A stretch of 64,000 nt of DNA from Geosiphon pyriformis uo1 (lineage: Eukaryota; Fungi; Glomeromycota): contig JAAOMT010000602.1 in assembly GCA_016748015.1 (NCBI GenBank), positions 1,067,696-1,131,695 on the forward strand, in the 5' to 3' direction. A program made the translations under genes and the position numbers. Shown here one piece after another: positions 1-13,800 of this stretch (position 1 is the first letter of the stretch; every line of letters begins with the position of its first letter). Below the pieces are notes generated by a model. It saw only the letters and a list, made by a program, of their open reading frames with translations. It did no database searches and was not told the DNA's origin.

Positions 1-487
1 GTTGTTTTTATTGTGGTTGTTGAAGTGGCTGTTGAAGTTGTTAAAGTAGTTGCAGTAGTTGTTAAATAAGTTGCTGAAATGGCTGTTGTTGAATTAGTTC
101 AATAATTGGTTTAATTGGTGGCTGATTGATGATGATTACTGGAGATAAGTTTTTCTGATTAATTGTTTTGGAGTTGGTATTGTTTTGAGTTTGCTGGATT
201 TAAATATTTGGAGTTTCAACTTTTGGATTTTCCAGGATCGAGTTTTGGTAAGTAAATTCCTAATTCTTACTTTCTTTTTCTTCCTTTTTTTCTGATTCTG
301 TTATTTTCCATAAACTCGCAGTTCTAAAATCTGGTTGATGTGGCAATGATTGAAATCCTAATGGCATTGGTGATCACAATTTAAATCCTTTAAAGTATTT
401 ACTGTATGGCCCTAATAGTTCTGCTCTTCTTTGTTTACTTTGAAATAGAAATTGTTTAAAGGTTAAGATTGTGTTTAATGCGGATGT

Positions 488-1470
488 TGTTACTAGACAA
501 AATTAGAGATATTATTTAGCATAAAATTATCTTTATAATTCCTATCATTAATTAGTATATATTATTGTTTTAAATTATCACTTATTACATTAGCAAAATG
601 TCCAAAATTATCATTTAATTAATAACCCAATTTGTACATAACACAGATGTAACCTAATTGTGATGATCAATCATGCAATACCCCGAAATATGTAACATTT
701 AAAAGTTCGCCAAAATTTGTAGAAATTCGCCGAAATAAGTGATAGTTCACCAAAATATTTAATAATTTGCAGAAATAACTTGTAGTTCACTGAAATGTAT
801 CTTTAGTTCAGCGAAATTGTAAAAAAGAGCAAAGTTCAAGTTCATAGAATAGTATTATAACAAGTTATATAAAAGAAGAGCTTCTCTCTTTGAGAAAATG
901 TATCTTACTTTAGATTTATCACTTAGAACCATTCCTACACACACAAAAAGAAATAAAATATCAAATAATTCGAAAAACCAATTTCTTTAAATATTGCACT
1001 TGGAAAATCTCCAAAAACTCAACTAACATTTTGAAATTGATTAGCTACCAATTTCAGTAAACTGTTAGTAACTCTAGGCCTGGATAGAAAACGTTTCTCT
1101 TGACAGAATTCTATTTCTTTTATATTTCTTTTATTTTTTTTTATTTTCTTATTATAATCATTAGGATAGCCTACAGACAAGATTCCTGTAGAAGAGTTGA
1201 CTTTCACAGCAAAGTAACTACACATTTTTTTTAGTGAGCTTCCAAACAAGTAATTCCTGGGAAAGAATTGATGTTTACTACAACATAACTACACAAAGCA
1301 ATTGGTACGGAATTGGTCATTCCACTTATAAGCCCAGCAATTCAAATTATAGGAGATAATTTGAAGATAAATTCAGTTACTGAAGGTTCAACTACTTCCT
1401 GGAAACGTGAATTCACAGCAAATCAACATCAACAACATTCAAGAAAAGAGACCAAAAACCTCTAGTAACA
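488..1470 (+). mobile_element. Solo LTR, Gypsy family B, inserted in family A gag
   Basis: Termini TGTTACTAG...CTAGTAACA. Flanked by ATGT (484-487) and ACGT (1471-1474). Highly similar to the reverse complement of 61745-62735. The host gag sequence resumes on both sides. Confidence 0.92.
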
Positions 1471-1976
1471 ACGTGTCTACTGCAAAGATATTGATAACAT
1501 TTCCTGGTGTATAATAGTATGATGAATTGATAGGTGATTCAACTCTGGTTTTCTTCCAAGTGGGTGGTTGTATCTTTTTGGATGTTATTACTGGTGTTTG
1601 CAATCTTCCTTTCTTTTTGTCTGCATAGGCGATGGGAAATTGTTATTGGATGTACCTTTTAATGGTTTGATTGATTTCCCTGATAATTGGTGCAAAACTG
1701 TAGTTTCTTAATAAACTGGTATGTTAAAATAACTTTGTATAAAGATTTTCTCTTGTGGATTCAATGTTAACTGTTCCTCCTAAGGAGTCTGTAATTTTAT
1801 TGTTGACATAAAAGTTGAAGACTGATTCTGCTGGAAAATGGTTATTGTTTAATCTTAGCTGTTGGCTGTACTGTTGAAACAGGGATTTGGCAAATCCTAG
1901 ATGGTTGGTTTCTATAATTTCTGGTTCTGCCACTTTTAGATAATTGTTGTTGGTGCTGGATCTCTGTAGGATTATA

Positions 1977-1993
1977 CCTCACAGGAAGCACCA
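1977..1993 (-). promoter_or_regulatory. Primer-binding site TGGTGCTTCCTGTGAGG
   Basis: Lies 2 nt inside the 5' LTR end and starts with TGG (complement of tRNA CCA). Decayed versions at 12162-12178 and 16120-16136. The cognate tRNA is not determined. Confidence 0.85.
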
Positions 1994-2883
1994 AATGTTA
2001 CAGGTAATTATTTGGGATCTCAAAGCAAATAACAAACCTGTAACTTGGTGTTTAATTGATTAATAATGTTGATTTCTGAAGGTGGTTATGAATCTAAAGG
2101 TTTTGGTTGAGTTTTTTGTATAATGGACAGAGATTCAATAGTGGTTTTCAGTAGTCTCTTGGAATCGCAATTCCATCAATTCTTTTTTTGGCTTGGTGGC
2201 CGGCAATCCTCTGGTAAATAATCCATAATCTTTTTACGTACTATACTCACTTACAGAGGTTTTTTACCAGGCAATCCTTGACATCAATAATTCAGTACTT
2301 AATCCTTAATCAATTTTAGTAAACAACAAAAAAAATAACAAAGAAAATAAAAGAAACAAAGAAAATCAAAAAATAAGCCAAGGCAATTTAGCAAGTTAGT
2401 ATCTCATTAATAGTTGTGATCAAGAACTATTGTTTTAGTGTGATTAAGTATAACTTACTATCAACATGAAGTGTTGATAGTGAAAAATGAATTGAGATAG
2501 TAAATAATTATTTATTAATATTTGTGATGTAAAAGGTTGCTTAGATCAAATCTAAACTGAAAAGTCTCTAACTAAAGGATTCTAATAATTATAACTTGTA
2601 AGTCTAATTGACTCTGAGAGTCTTACTAATTCTGGAAGTCTTTTTGACTAATTTTCTAGCTTCTAATACTACTGCTATATATATATAAATTTTATTGTAC
2701 AAGATTCCTTGAATTCCTCAATTCTCTAGCCTGGAATCTTGCAATTCCTCATATAAGAATCCTGAAATTCCTGGAATTCTGCAATTTTTCTGAGAGGAAT
2801 CCTGAAATTCTACTTTTTACTATGTTTATTTTGATTGGCTAATTTATGTACTAATATTTAATTCCTATATTCTATGAGTAACA

Positions 2884-5215
2884 ATAAGAATTTTTATGGT
2901 AATTCTAATTTTCTCTAATTTACAAATAGTTGATTTTACTTCAAAAATCTGGGGCTGGTCCTTTACTTTTCTTTTTATTACTAATATATACTAGTTATAT
3001 GATAAAATGGAAATTAATTGATTGGTAAAGATAATTTCTTTTTTATTAATTGTTTTTTCCTCTGCCATATTGACTGGTACATCTATTTTACTTATAGATT
3101 CGAATCTATTTATTCTTTTTGCAGTTATTTCTAATTTTTCTCTTGTTCTTACTAACACTAATTAAGCTATTTTTACCAAAAATAGGAATATTGTCTGTGC
3201 TATCTTTTTATTTGGTTCAATTGTATATTCTTTTTTCTGAGTTATTTTGTAGTATTGCAATGATATTTTCTATATATTCTGTATCAATTATTTCTTCTCT
3301 GATATTAATCTTTTTTTTTATTAGATTAAATTTAGATATTAATTGAATCATTGTTGTTGCCAGAATTTCCAGTGCTATTTTTAGATCTATACTGGTACAT
3401 GAATATGGTTTCAATCTAATGGCAGTTTTTTTTGAATACTTAATATCAAATTTTGCATTAATATTATGCATGCATTTTGGCATAATACTTTTATTATTAT
3501 TGCTAAACTATTTTAGTTCTTGCTCTATAGAGAGATCTGAAAGTGCAATATATTATTTGAATTGTAATTAGAGTTTGAATTGTTATTATTGTTGCCATAG
3601 TAAATGAAATTGGAACCATTATTGTTGTTATTGTTAAAGTCTGAATCATGATTAATTTTCAATTCTGATTTCAATGCATATTCACTAATTGGTTTTTCTT
3701 TTTTAAGAATCAAATAGATCATGTGTAATAATGGATTATAAATAATATTACACTCATTACAATACTTAAAGTCACTGAAAATTAGGCAATGTTTACAGAG
3801 TCAAGTATTAAACTACTCTAAACACTGTTTTTGCTTTTTTTTAGTTAGTGCTAAGTTCTAATAATATTTGTGAAATTGTTCTAGATTATTCTCAATATTA
3901 TTAAAAACATCAAAAGTTAAAATATATTCAGTTTTAGAAAGTGTGAATGAATTATTTTTGATTTCCAGTATTGTATTTGTTGCAAACTTTAATAGAAGTG
4001 TCTTAAATAAGTAATAACAATTTTAGTATTTCCTTGTTTGATAATTTTAAAGATATTTGCTAGGCAATTAATGCTGTTATTATTACTAAAATATTTTAAA
4101 AATTCCAGTTTAAACATGTTAAAATTTTGGGGTTTCTGGATTAAGCTTTAATACTATGAGTTGGCAGTATCTTAAAAAAAATATGGAATTGTCTATAATG
4201 TTCTAACATTATCTTATCTATTGGCTGCAATGGCTTTTTCTATAATATTTAGCCAAACTTGTGTATTGTTTTCTTTACCAGTAAATTTTTCAAGTTTTGT
4301 AATTGGTACATAGACCATTGATATAAGTAATAGTTGTGGTAATAATTGTTATTGTTGTTGAAATTGTTGTTGTAATAGTGGTTAAAATTGTAGTTGCAGC
4401 TGTTATTGTTATATGACAATTGGTACAACTGGTGATGGATTGATCATGATTACTAGAAGTAAGTTTTGGAAAACAATAGGAGCTGAATTTAGATTATTTG
4501 GGTTTTGTTGAATTGGAATAATTAGAATTTAAATTTCTAGGTTTTCTAAAATCAGATTTTGGTTATTATTTTCCTAATTGTTATCTTTCTCTTTTTTAAA
4601 GTCAGTTATTTTCCAAGAATTAATGGCTCCAAAACCTGGTTGGAGTGGTGGTAATCAAAATTCTAATAGTGTTAGTGATTACAATTTAAATTTTTTAAAG
4701 AAATTACTATAAGTTCTCAATAAATTGGCTTTTTCTTGTTGATTTTAGAATGTTTTTCTTGCTAATAGTGTTTTTGTTTATGATAATATGATTTCTAATA
4801 ATATATTGATAGTATTTCTAAACATATGGTAATATGACAAATAAATAAATAAAATGACTCTTGGTTTCTTCTAAGTAGATGGTTGTATTTTTTTTGGTGT
4901 TTTTGCTAATATTTGTAATTTTTTTTTTGTTGTCTACAAAGATAATAGAAAATTGCTGTCTGGTGTATTTCTTAATTTTTTTGTTGATTTCTGTAATTAT
5001 TGAAACAAACAAATAATTTTGTGGAAATATAGTACTTTAGAACAATTTACTATAGAAATTGTTGAGTGCTGCTTCTGAATTTTTTTGGTTTTCTAAGTAA
5101 GTCTTGATTTTTTTGTTGACATAAAAGTTGAAAGTTGATTCTGCTGGCCAATAATTACTTGTTAATTCTAAGTAAGTTTGATAGTGTTAAAATAAAACTT
5201 TCATGAATTTCAATA
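2884..5215 (-). mobile_element. Degenerate, internally deleted Gypsy family A internal region (dUTPase region ~3050-3500, Cys-rich region ~3730-3810, gag ~4100-5215)
   Basis: ORF remnants 3217-3483 and 3525-3722 align with 19826-20629; 4818-5012 aligns with gag 16282-16752. Many transition-derived stops. Confidence 0.8.
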
Positions 5216-5269
5216 TAATATTATTTCAATTTATTATTTATTATTATATTAAATTTTCTGAATTATTAT

Positions 5270-6070
5270 TTAATTAATAACTTAATTTGTACAAAACACA
5301 ATATAACCAAATTATAATGATCAGATTATATAATACACTAAACTATGTAATATTTAGAATTTATTAAAATATTTAGTAATTTGACAAAATATTTAATAAT
5401 TTATTAAAATAATTTATAATTTGCAAAAATAACTTGTAGTTTAATAAAAAGTATTTTTAGTTTATCAAAATATTAAAAAAAAAACACTAAATTATAGAAT
5501 AATATTATAACAACTTATATAAAAAAAAGTTTTTTTTGGTATTTTTTATAAAATATCTTCTTTACAAATCAACTTTAATAAAAACTTACTTTAAAAAACA
5601 TAAAAATCTTAATTATTTCTGTTTAAAATTAACTATTTTATACTAATATTTTGAAATTGATTAATTATTAATTTCAGTAACTCTTAGTAACTTCTAAATT
5701 TAAATCCAAACTAACTTTTTTAACATATTTTTTATTTTTTATTTTTATTTTATTTTTATTTTTATTTTTTTTATATTATTGAATAATCTAGAATTAAAAT
5801 TTTTTATAAAAAATTGACTTTTACAGCAAAATAACTATACATATTTTTAAAAAGCTTATAAACAAAATTTTTTTGTAAAAGAGTTAATTTTTACTACAAA
5901 GTAATTATAAAAGTAATTGGTATAAAATTGGTTATTTTATTATAAATTTAATAGTATACATAGTTTAAAGTATAGAAAAATACTTTAGAAAAAAAATTAG
6001 CTTATTAAAATTCATTAATTTTTATTAATAACAGAATTAACAGCAAAATAACATTAATAATACCAAAAAA
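5270..6070 (+). mobile_element. Heavily decayed family B LTR remnant (approximate boundaries)
   Basis: Collinear AT-shifted match to 620-1460 (e.g. ttgtacaaaacacaatataacc, aatttcagtaactcttagtaac, ttgacttttacagcaaaataactatac). Confidence 0.7.
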
Positions 6071-6299
6071 AAATATAAATTATGTACTTTTTACATATAA
6101 TTAGCTATTTAAATTAAAACAAAAAAAGTTAAAAATAGATTTAGCTTATTAATTTCTTTAATAATACTATTTAAATTCTTAAAATTAAAAATAAATTTAT
6201 TAAAAAACAACTTAATTAACTTAATACCATCTTTAATATTTGGATTTAACATATATTACAAAATAATTATATATTTAATAATATTATTAGTCAGAAAAA

Positions 6300-8050
6300 A
6301 AGATTTAATAATCAATATTTTATTATAGTCTATTTTACTAAAATTAACTTTAAATCTAAAACAGACAATATTCTTAAAAACATTAACAGAAAATTAGAAA
6401 ATTTATTAGTAATATACTTTATAAAAAGCAAATTTCTTTTTATATAAAGTTTTTTGTCAACATTATTATTCAGAAAAGTAGTAACCAAAATAATTAAAAA
6501 ACCAATAGACTCAATAACAAATTTAATCAAAGCAGTTAAACTTAAAACTTAAAGTTTTGAAAAGTTTAATTTAGATTTAACAGCAGAATTAACAACAAAA
6601 ACAACCAAAAAAGCAGCAAAAAAAAAGCCAAAAAGATAAAAACCATAATATAAGATTTGCTATTAATAAAAAATGACATAAAAAACTTAAAACTAATAAC
6701 AAACTTAGAAAATCTCTTAAAAAACAAAGAAAAAAACACTTTATAGTTAACAAATAGATAATTTAAATCATGATATCTGTAATAATAATAACACTCTGAA
6801 GTTTTTTATCAAATATAATATTTGTATAAAGTACTAATTTTAGTAATAACAAAATTCAAAAACTTATAAGAACTAAATATCATAATAATAAAATATTAAT
6901 AATAATAAAAATTAGATAAGTAAAAAATAAAACAAGTATAATTACCAATTTAAAAAATCATATTACTAATTTTAAAGACATTACAACTGAAAAAATATTG
7001 ACTAATTTGGTTTTAAATATATTTTTTAAGATAATAATCTTTTTTTGGTTAAGAAAAAAATTCAAGTATTATCTTTTTTTACCAATACAAACTAGTAGTC
7101 AAAAGCAATAACAACAAAAAAAGAGTTTTTAAAAGTAATAACAACATATTATTACAAACTAACAAGCTTTAACTTAAAAAAAATAACAATACTAAAAACA
7201 CCAAAAATATTTTTAATATTATTAAAAAATATATTAAAAGAAAATTATAAAATACAACAGAAATAAAAAAAAATTCCAAAAGTTACTACAGAAAATTTTG
7301 TAATTTTGAATATAATTACTAAAAAAAACTTTAATAAATAAAACAAAAAATTAACCAAGACAATTTGATTTTGAAAATAGTATTAAACACCAGAATAAAA
7401 GCTATTTATTCAAAGAATTTTTGATAATTGAAAATAGTTTTTTAAATACTACCAAAGACAGTATTAAAAAACAAAAAAAAATTTAATTTAGTTTTTATTT
7501 AATCATTCTAATTCTTAAAATTAAATAATTTAATAAGTTGTTTTGTTTTTAGAATTAATAATTTGCTAAAAAATATTATATTTAATAATACAGCCAATAG
7601 TTAATCTTAATTTATCTTAGAAAATGTGTTATTTTTATTATTATTTATATTAAAAAAAAGACTAGTTGTTTTTAAAAAGATTTTATCTAAGATTTTATTT
7701 AAAACCACAAAAAAGTTTAATATAAAAATAGTAAATATAAGTAACTACTGTTGTTTTTTAATTTTTTAGTTTTTTTAACCATTTACAAAATAATAATAAT
7801 AATATTAGTAGTAAAAACAAAAAAAATTAATTTGCTAATTTATTGTTAAAAACCACTAGTTAAAAATAAGTAAAATATTTTAAAAAAACATTATTAGAAT
7901 GTTTTGCTTAATTGTTTTAATAATAGAAAAATTTTTTTTATTGAAATTTTATTAATTACTATAAAAAAAGTAATATTTAAAACTTTTTTATTTTTTTTTA
8001 ATTATGATTATAAAAATAAAAGAAAAAAAATATTATTTTTAATTTAAATT
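6300..8050 (-). repeat. AT-saturated 'ghost' copy of a LINE-ORF1-like element
   Basis: Collinear with 12650-13800 plus 28269-28940 and with ~43950-44900. The reverse complement of 7380-7470 matches 61155-61280. Boundaries approximate. Confidence 0.65.
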
Positions 8051-8989
8051 ATTAAATTTAACATATTATATTAGATAGTAATTTACATTAAAAAAAATTT
8101 GATTATTTATTTAAAGAATCAATAAATTAATTTTAAAAGTTGTATAGTTAGAAAAAAAATTTATTTATTTAATTTTAAAAATATTATATAAAATAATAAG
8201 TTTTAAAATATTAAAATTTTGTTTTACTAATATTAAATTTTAAGTCAAAACTATTATTTTTGGTTTTTTTTACTATTATTATAATATTAATTTAATAATA
8301 AGTTTTAAATTAACTTTTTTAAAAAATAAACTGGTTAAATTAGTTTTATTAATTATTAAACTTATTAATACTTTAATTTTTATAAATTTTAAAATAAAAA
8401 AAATTCTTATAAATAAATAAAAGATTAGTATTTTTAAAAAATTATTAATAATTTAAGCAAAAAAATAATAAATTTTAAAATAAAATATAATATAAATAAT
8501 AATAAAAATAAGTTTAATAAAAATCCAAATTTTTTTGTATATAAAAAAAATTATAAAATAATAATATTTAGGGTTTTAATATTAAATTTAATATAAATAA
8601 AATTATATAATTAACTAATTTAATTTTTACCAATAATAGTTTGATTATAATTATACATAATATAAATATAATTATTAGGCAAAATTCTAAATTTAAAAGC
8701 TTTTTATTAATTATTAATAAATTTATTTTATAATATATAAAAAAATAAAATAAAAAAATATATTAATATTATATTTTAAGAAAAAAAATTTAAATTTTAC
8801 TTAAAAAATAAAAAGTAAAACAAAATAAATCATTAATAAATTAAACCAAAATTTTTTTAATTAATTATTAAAAATATGTAATTTTTAAATATCTAATTTA
8901 AAAAACAAAGATAAAAAAAGTTTTTATAATTATAAAATAATTAAAAATAATATTATTTAAATATTTATTCTTAAAGAAATTAAACTTTT

Positions 8990-10370
8990 TTGTTATTGCC
9001 AATAAAACTGCTGTTTACTTTTCTGAAGTTGATTTGGGAGTTAAAATTAGAGTTTATGAGTTATTGTTTTTAATACTGGCCAAATTACAAATTATTATTT
9101 TTGTTTTTGGAATGTATGCTTTTTTTCTATACTGTTATTGTGTACTTAGATAGTTAAATTATCATAAATACATGTATTTTAGAATTAGAGTTGATAAATT
9201 CTGATTTTTGTAATCATTGCTAAATGAAAAAAAACATATTGTAAACTTAATTAAAGATAAAAATTTCTTAATAGTATAGTTAAAAATTAAAAGACATTCA
9301 AATATTTTGGGGAATATTTGTGCTAATATTTTGACAAATAAGACTGCTTGTTTTTTTTGTTGCTATTCAATAATATGTGCAAATACTATATTGTAACAAA
9401 TAGTTTAACAATATCTAATAATATTTGTTATTTTGTTTGAGATATATATAAATTAGTATATTATACTTATTGAAAAACAAATCTGGTTTTAAAGTAATAG
9501 ATAGCTTTATGATCTAAAAAATTAACTAAGTTTAAACTACTACAGTTTAACTTTTGAATTTACATATGCTGTTAGGTTTTATCAACAAGATTTTAGCTGG
9601 TTTGTATAAAAGCAGTTTATAGAAAGTTGTTTATTATAATTAGAAAAAACTTTATAATAAAAAATATTTAAGTGTTCTGTGTTTATAATATAAAAAGATT
9701 AAATTTTCTAATTATGTGTTTATTTATTCTAAAAAAACTGATTTCTACAAAAAAATAGTGCTTGATTAAATTATGGTTTGGAGATTTTTAATAGAGTCTT
9801 GTGTTTTTTTATCTTTTATAATAGTGGAATTTTTTTTTTATATTTATTAAATATTAGATTATATGTGTTTTTTTGCAAAAATTTGTGCTTATAAATTAGT
9901 ACTGTAAAACTATGTAAATATTTAATTGTTGAAAAGAAGCCATCTAGATTTTGGTTAATTTTGTGCATAGTTTAGATAAGTATTATTGTTCAAATTTGTG
10001 AAAATTTAGGTTCAAATATAAGACTAATATGAAAAAATATAGTTTAATCAATAATTTTAAGGTTGTGTCTAATGTGTTTTACATTTTAATATCAAGTTTG
10101 TTTAATAAAATAGTAAGATTAATTGGTAATAATAAGTTGTTTAGAGTTAACTTCAGTTTTTATAAGCCTTACTTGTTTTTTTTTGGGTTTAAATAATAAA
10201 ATTATTGTTTATATAAAAACTTAATATTGCTTTAATTGGTTTAAATAACTGGTTACATATAATAAAAATGTGAATTATATCTAATTAAGACTCTTAATCT
10301 TGGTTTTATATATTAGATAATAATTAAATTGTATTTATTAAATTAATATTATTTATTTAAATAATAATAT
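8990..10370 (+). mobile_element. 5'-truncated decayed LINE (RNase H, C-terminal Cys domain, 3' UTR)
   Basis: Decayed matches to the RNase H motifs LAKLQ/YLDS/KIKRHS of 53400-53790 and to the 3' UTR motif (ggtttaaataactggttacatat) near 10240. Confidence 0.7.
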
Positions 10371-10763
10371 TTTTTTTGTAATATAATAAAAAATAGTTTT
10401 ATTAAACAGATTATTATTATTTTTTACTATTATAGTAAAAATTGCTTGAAAAATATTTTTTTGTATATTATTATTATTTTAACTTTTTTTTAATATTTTG
10501 TTTAAAAATAATCCAAATATTTTTAATTAAATTGAGATTTAAACTATATAATAACCAAAACAAAATATAATTTAACAATTATATTTTTAAATCTGTATAA
10601 ACATTTTTTAAAATATGCTTTGAATTATTATTATATTAAAAAATCTAATATTATTATTTATATATAATAATTATATTATAATATAAATTTTTATTAAAAA
10701 TTTTATAATAAAATATTAGTTTATATTTTTTGTAAAGATATATATTCTAATTTTTTTATATGC

Positions 10764-12265
10764 TGTTACTTATAGAAAAAACAGATAGAAAAATAAACCA
10801 ATAAAAAAATAGTACTTAATAAGAAAGCACAATATTAAAAAATTATGACATATTGCTTAACAATAAGCATATTATTAGTGAATTATAGCACACTGCTTAG
10901 CAATAAGCACATTGACAGAAAATTATGGCATATTGCTTAGTAATAAGCATATTATCAAAGAAAATAGAGCATATTGCTTAAAAAAATATAAGATCTTATA
11001 TAACATAAATTATATATATATAGCAAAAGTGTTAAAAACAGAGAAAATAATTTCAGAAAAATTTAATAGAATTTATATTAATTTAAAACAATACCTTTTT
11101 CTTTAAAAAATAGTTTTCTATGACTTGAAATAAAATTATTCTCATTATTACTTATTGAAAAATACAAAAAGAAAAAGCTGAAAAAATGGATAAAAATATA
11201 GACCAATAGGAAAATAAGTACTTAACACATAAACACAATATTAAAAAACTATGACACATTACTTAGCAATATACATATTGTTAGTAAATTATAATATACT
11301 GCTTAGCAATATGAGCAATATTAGTAAATTAGGGCATACTGCTTAGCATTATAAACAATTTTAGTAAATTAAGACATATTGTACAGCAATGTAAGTAATG
11401 TTAATAAATTAGAACACATTGCTTAACAAAAATATAAGATCTTATAAAACAAGAAATATGTATATATAATGAAAATATTAAAAACAAAAAAGACAGAATT
11501 CATCCCAAAATTCAGTTCAAAATTAATCTTTCAACCTATTAATTATTTTATACTCTTTTCTTTAAAAAATAGTTTTTTATAACTTAAAATAAAATCAAAT
11601 CACATATTAATAAAATATCAATTACTACTTAAATTCATGTTATCATCACTTAATTAAAAAAATATTAATTATTTTTATTCTATTAACACTCCATATTAAT
11701 AGAATTCAATATTTAACTACACTAAATCAATAACTCTTAATTATAATTATTAACAGAATACTAATTTTTTAATTTTTTTTTCATCTTCTTTTATTTTTAT
11801 TTTTTTTATTTATTTTTGTTTGTTTTATTAATTTACTAACAGATTAAAGAGATTAAGCATTGAATAATTTAATGTCAAGGATAATCTGGTAAAAGATCTA
11901 AAAATAAAAATATAAAACTAGAAAATTGAGAATAGTTTATCAGAAGAACATAACTACCAAAATAAACTGGTCATCATGTTAAAGAAAAAAATTAACAGAA
12001 TAACTATTCTGGAAGACTACTGAAACAATCATTAAATCTCTGTCTATTATACAAAAAACTCCACTAAAATCTTCAGATATTACCAACATTACTAAGCTAT
12101 TGAGTATTAAGTTACAGATTTGTTATTTGTACTAATACCTTAAATAATTACCTGTAATATTTGGTGTTTTCTGTGAGGTATAATCTAGCAGAAAATTAGC
12201 ACTAATAACAATTATCAAAAACAGTGACAGAATCAAAAAAAATAAGAACAAACTACTACTAATTA
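10764..12265 (+). mobile_element. Family A-related 5' LTR (10764-12159) with internally duplicated U3, PBS (12162-12178) and a gag stub
   Basis: Starts TGTTAC, ends TGTAATA, followed by TTTGGTGTTTTCTGTGAGG. The R/U5 part aligns with 15600-16117. Confidence 0.8.
10841..11430. repeat. Two clusters of 40-bp tandem units with a palindromic core TATTGC-TTA-GCAATA (10841-10980 and ~11249-11430)
   Basis: Units such as aattatggcatattgcttagtaataagcatattatcaaag recur at an exact 40-bp period inside a duplicated ~400-bp U3 block. Confidence 0.85.
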
Positions 12266-12649
12266 ATAATAAGAATTATAAAAATAATTTTATGCTAAAT
12301 AATAATTCAAATTTTGGCTTGTAATAATATTAAAGCTATAAAAAAAATCTATCTTAAAAAGATATTTTATTTATAATAGCAATTAATATATTATTATTTT
12401 TAATTAAACTACTTAATTATTTAATAATTATATTTGTATTAAACTTAATATTATTAGATTAATATTTTCAAAAAGTAATTAATCTAATATAAAATTTATT
12501 ATTAACTAATTAATATTATATTTATTTACATAAATATTATTAAAATTATATTTGGTTTTAATTATTACTATATTTAAGAAAATTTAATTCATATTTTTAT
12601 TAAAAACAAATACTTTATCTTGAATAATAGAAACTAGATTCTTAATTTT

Positions 12650-13800
12650 CATATATAAAACAAAAAAAATATTCAAAAAAATAATAATTAAAGTAACCAA
12701 AAAACCAATAAATTTAGCAACAAATTTATTTAAAAATACTTAATTCAAGATTTAAGATTTTAAAAAATTCAATATTAATTTAGTCACAAAATTAACAACA
12801 GAAACAATTACAAAAATAGCAAAAAAAAGCAAAAAAAACAGAAGTCTTAATATAAAATTTTTTATTAATTAAAAATAATACAAAAAATTTAAAATTAACA
12901 GTAAACTTAAATAATAATTTAAATAAAAATAATAATAACACCTTATAATTTTTAAACAAATAATTCAAATTTTAATATTTATAATAGCAATATTACTTAA
13001 AAGCTTTCTATTAAATATAATATTTGTATAAAGTATTGGTTTTTGTAATATTAAGATCTAAAGACTTATAAAACTTAAATATTATAATAACAAAATATTA
13101 ATAATAATAAAAATTAAGAAAATAAAAAATAAAACAAGTATAGTTACTAACTTAAAAAATTAAATTACTAATTTTAAAAACAATATAATTGAAAAAAAAT
13201 TAAATAATTTGGCTTTAAAAGTTTCTTTTAAAATAATAATTTTTTTTAATTAAAGAAAAAAAATTTTAAAATTGTTTTAATTAATATAAACTAATAACTA
13301 AGAGCAATAGTAACAAAAAAAAGTCTTTAAAATTAACAATAGTATATTATTATAAATCAACAAACTTTAATTTAACTAAAATAATTATATTAAAAATACC
13401 AAAAATATTTTTAATATTATTAAAAAATATGTTAAAAAAAATATTAAAATATAACAAAAATAGAAAAAAAAAACCAAAAACTATTACAAAAAATTTTGTA
13501 AGTTTAAATATAATTAAAAAAAAAGCACTAATAAAAACTTTAACAGCAATAACCAAAAAAGTTTTAAAAGCAAAATCTATACAAAACAACCTAATATTGT
13601 TCTTAAAAATTAACTTAAGTCTAATAAAATCAAACAGTAAATAAAACAAAAAATTAATTAAGACTAATTTAATCTTAAAATAATATTAAATATTAAATAA
13701 AAACTATTTACTTAAAGAATTTTTAATAATTAAAAATTGTTTTTTAAATACTATTAAAAACAGTATTAAAAAATAAAAAAATAAATATTAATTCTGTTTT
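12650..13800 (-). repeat. Ghost LINE-ORF1-like copy, left part; continues at 28269-28940 after the LINE insertion
   Basis: Aligns with 6490-7495. The sequence after 28268 aligns with the continuation 7495-8040. Confidence 0.7.

Larger units (their letters stand above)
1..2883 (-). mobile_element. Ty3/Gypsy family A element, 5' part (5' LTR 1996-2883, PBS, degenerate gag running off the left window edge), interrupted by a solo LTR
   Basis: LTR bounded by TGTTAC/TGTAACA on the minus strand and homologous to 15365-16117. The gag peptide AEPEIIETNHLGFAKSLFQQYSQQL (1724-1933) matches the + strand gag at ~16190. Confidence 0.9.

Noticed and set aside
1977-1993. tRNA gene
   Set aside because: Only a 17-nt tRNA 3'-end complement (PBS); no cloverleaf around it.
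2884-2887. Flank ATAA as support for CpG targeting
   Set aside because: It would need two mutations from ACGA and its partner TSD is outside the window; counted as the exception.
10841-11430. CRISPR-like appearance of palindromic 40-bp repeats
   Set aside because: Whole units are homologous with no unique spacers, there are no cas genes, and the array sits inside an LTR in eukaryotic DNA.
6330-13649. Short Lys/Ile/Asn/Phe-rich ORFs (e.g. 6330, 10912, 13350, 13429; likewise 28402, 59606)
   Set aside because: Compositional artefacts or remnants of AT-eroded repeats, not independent genes.
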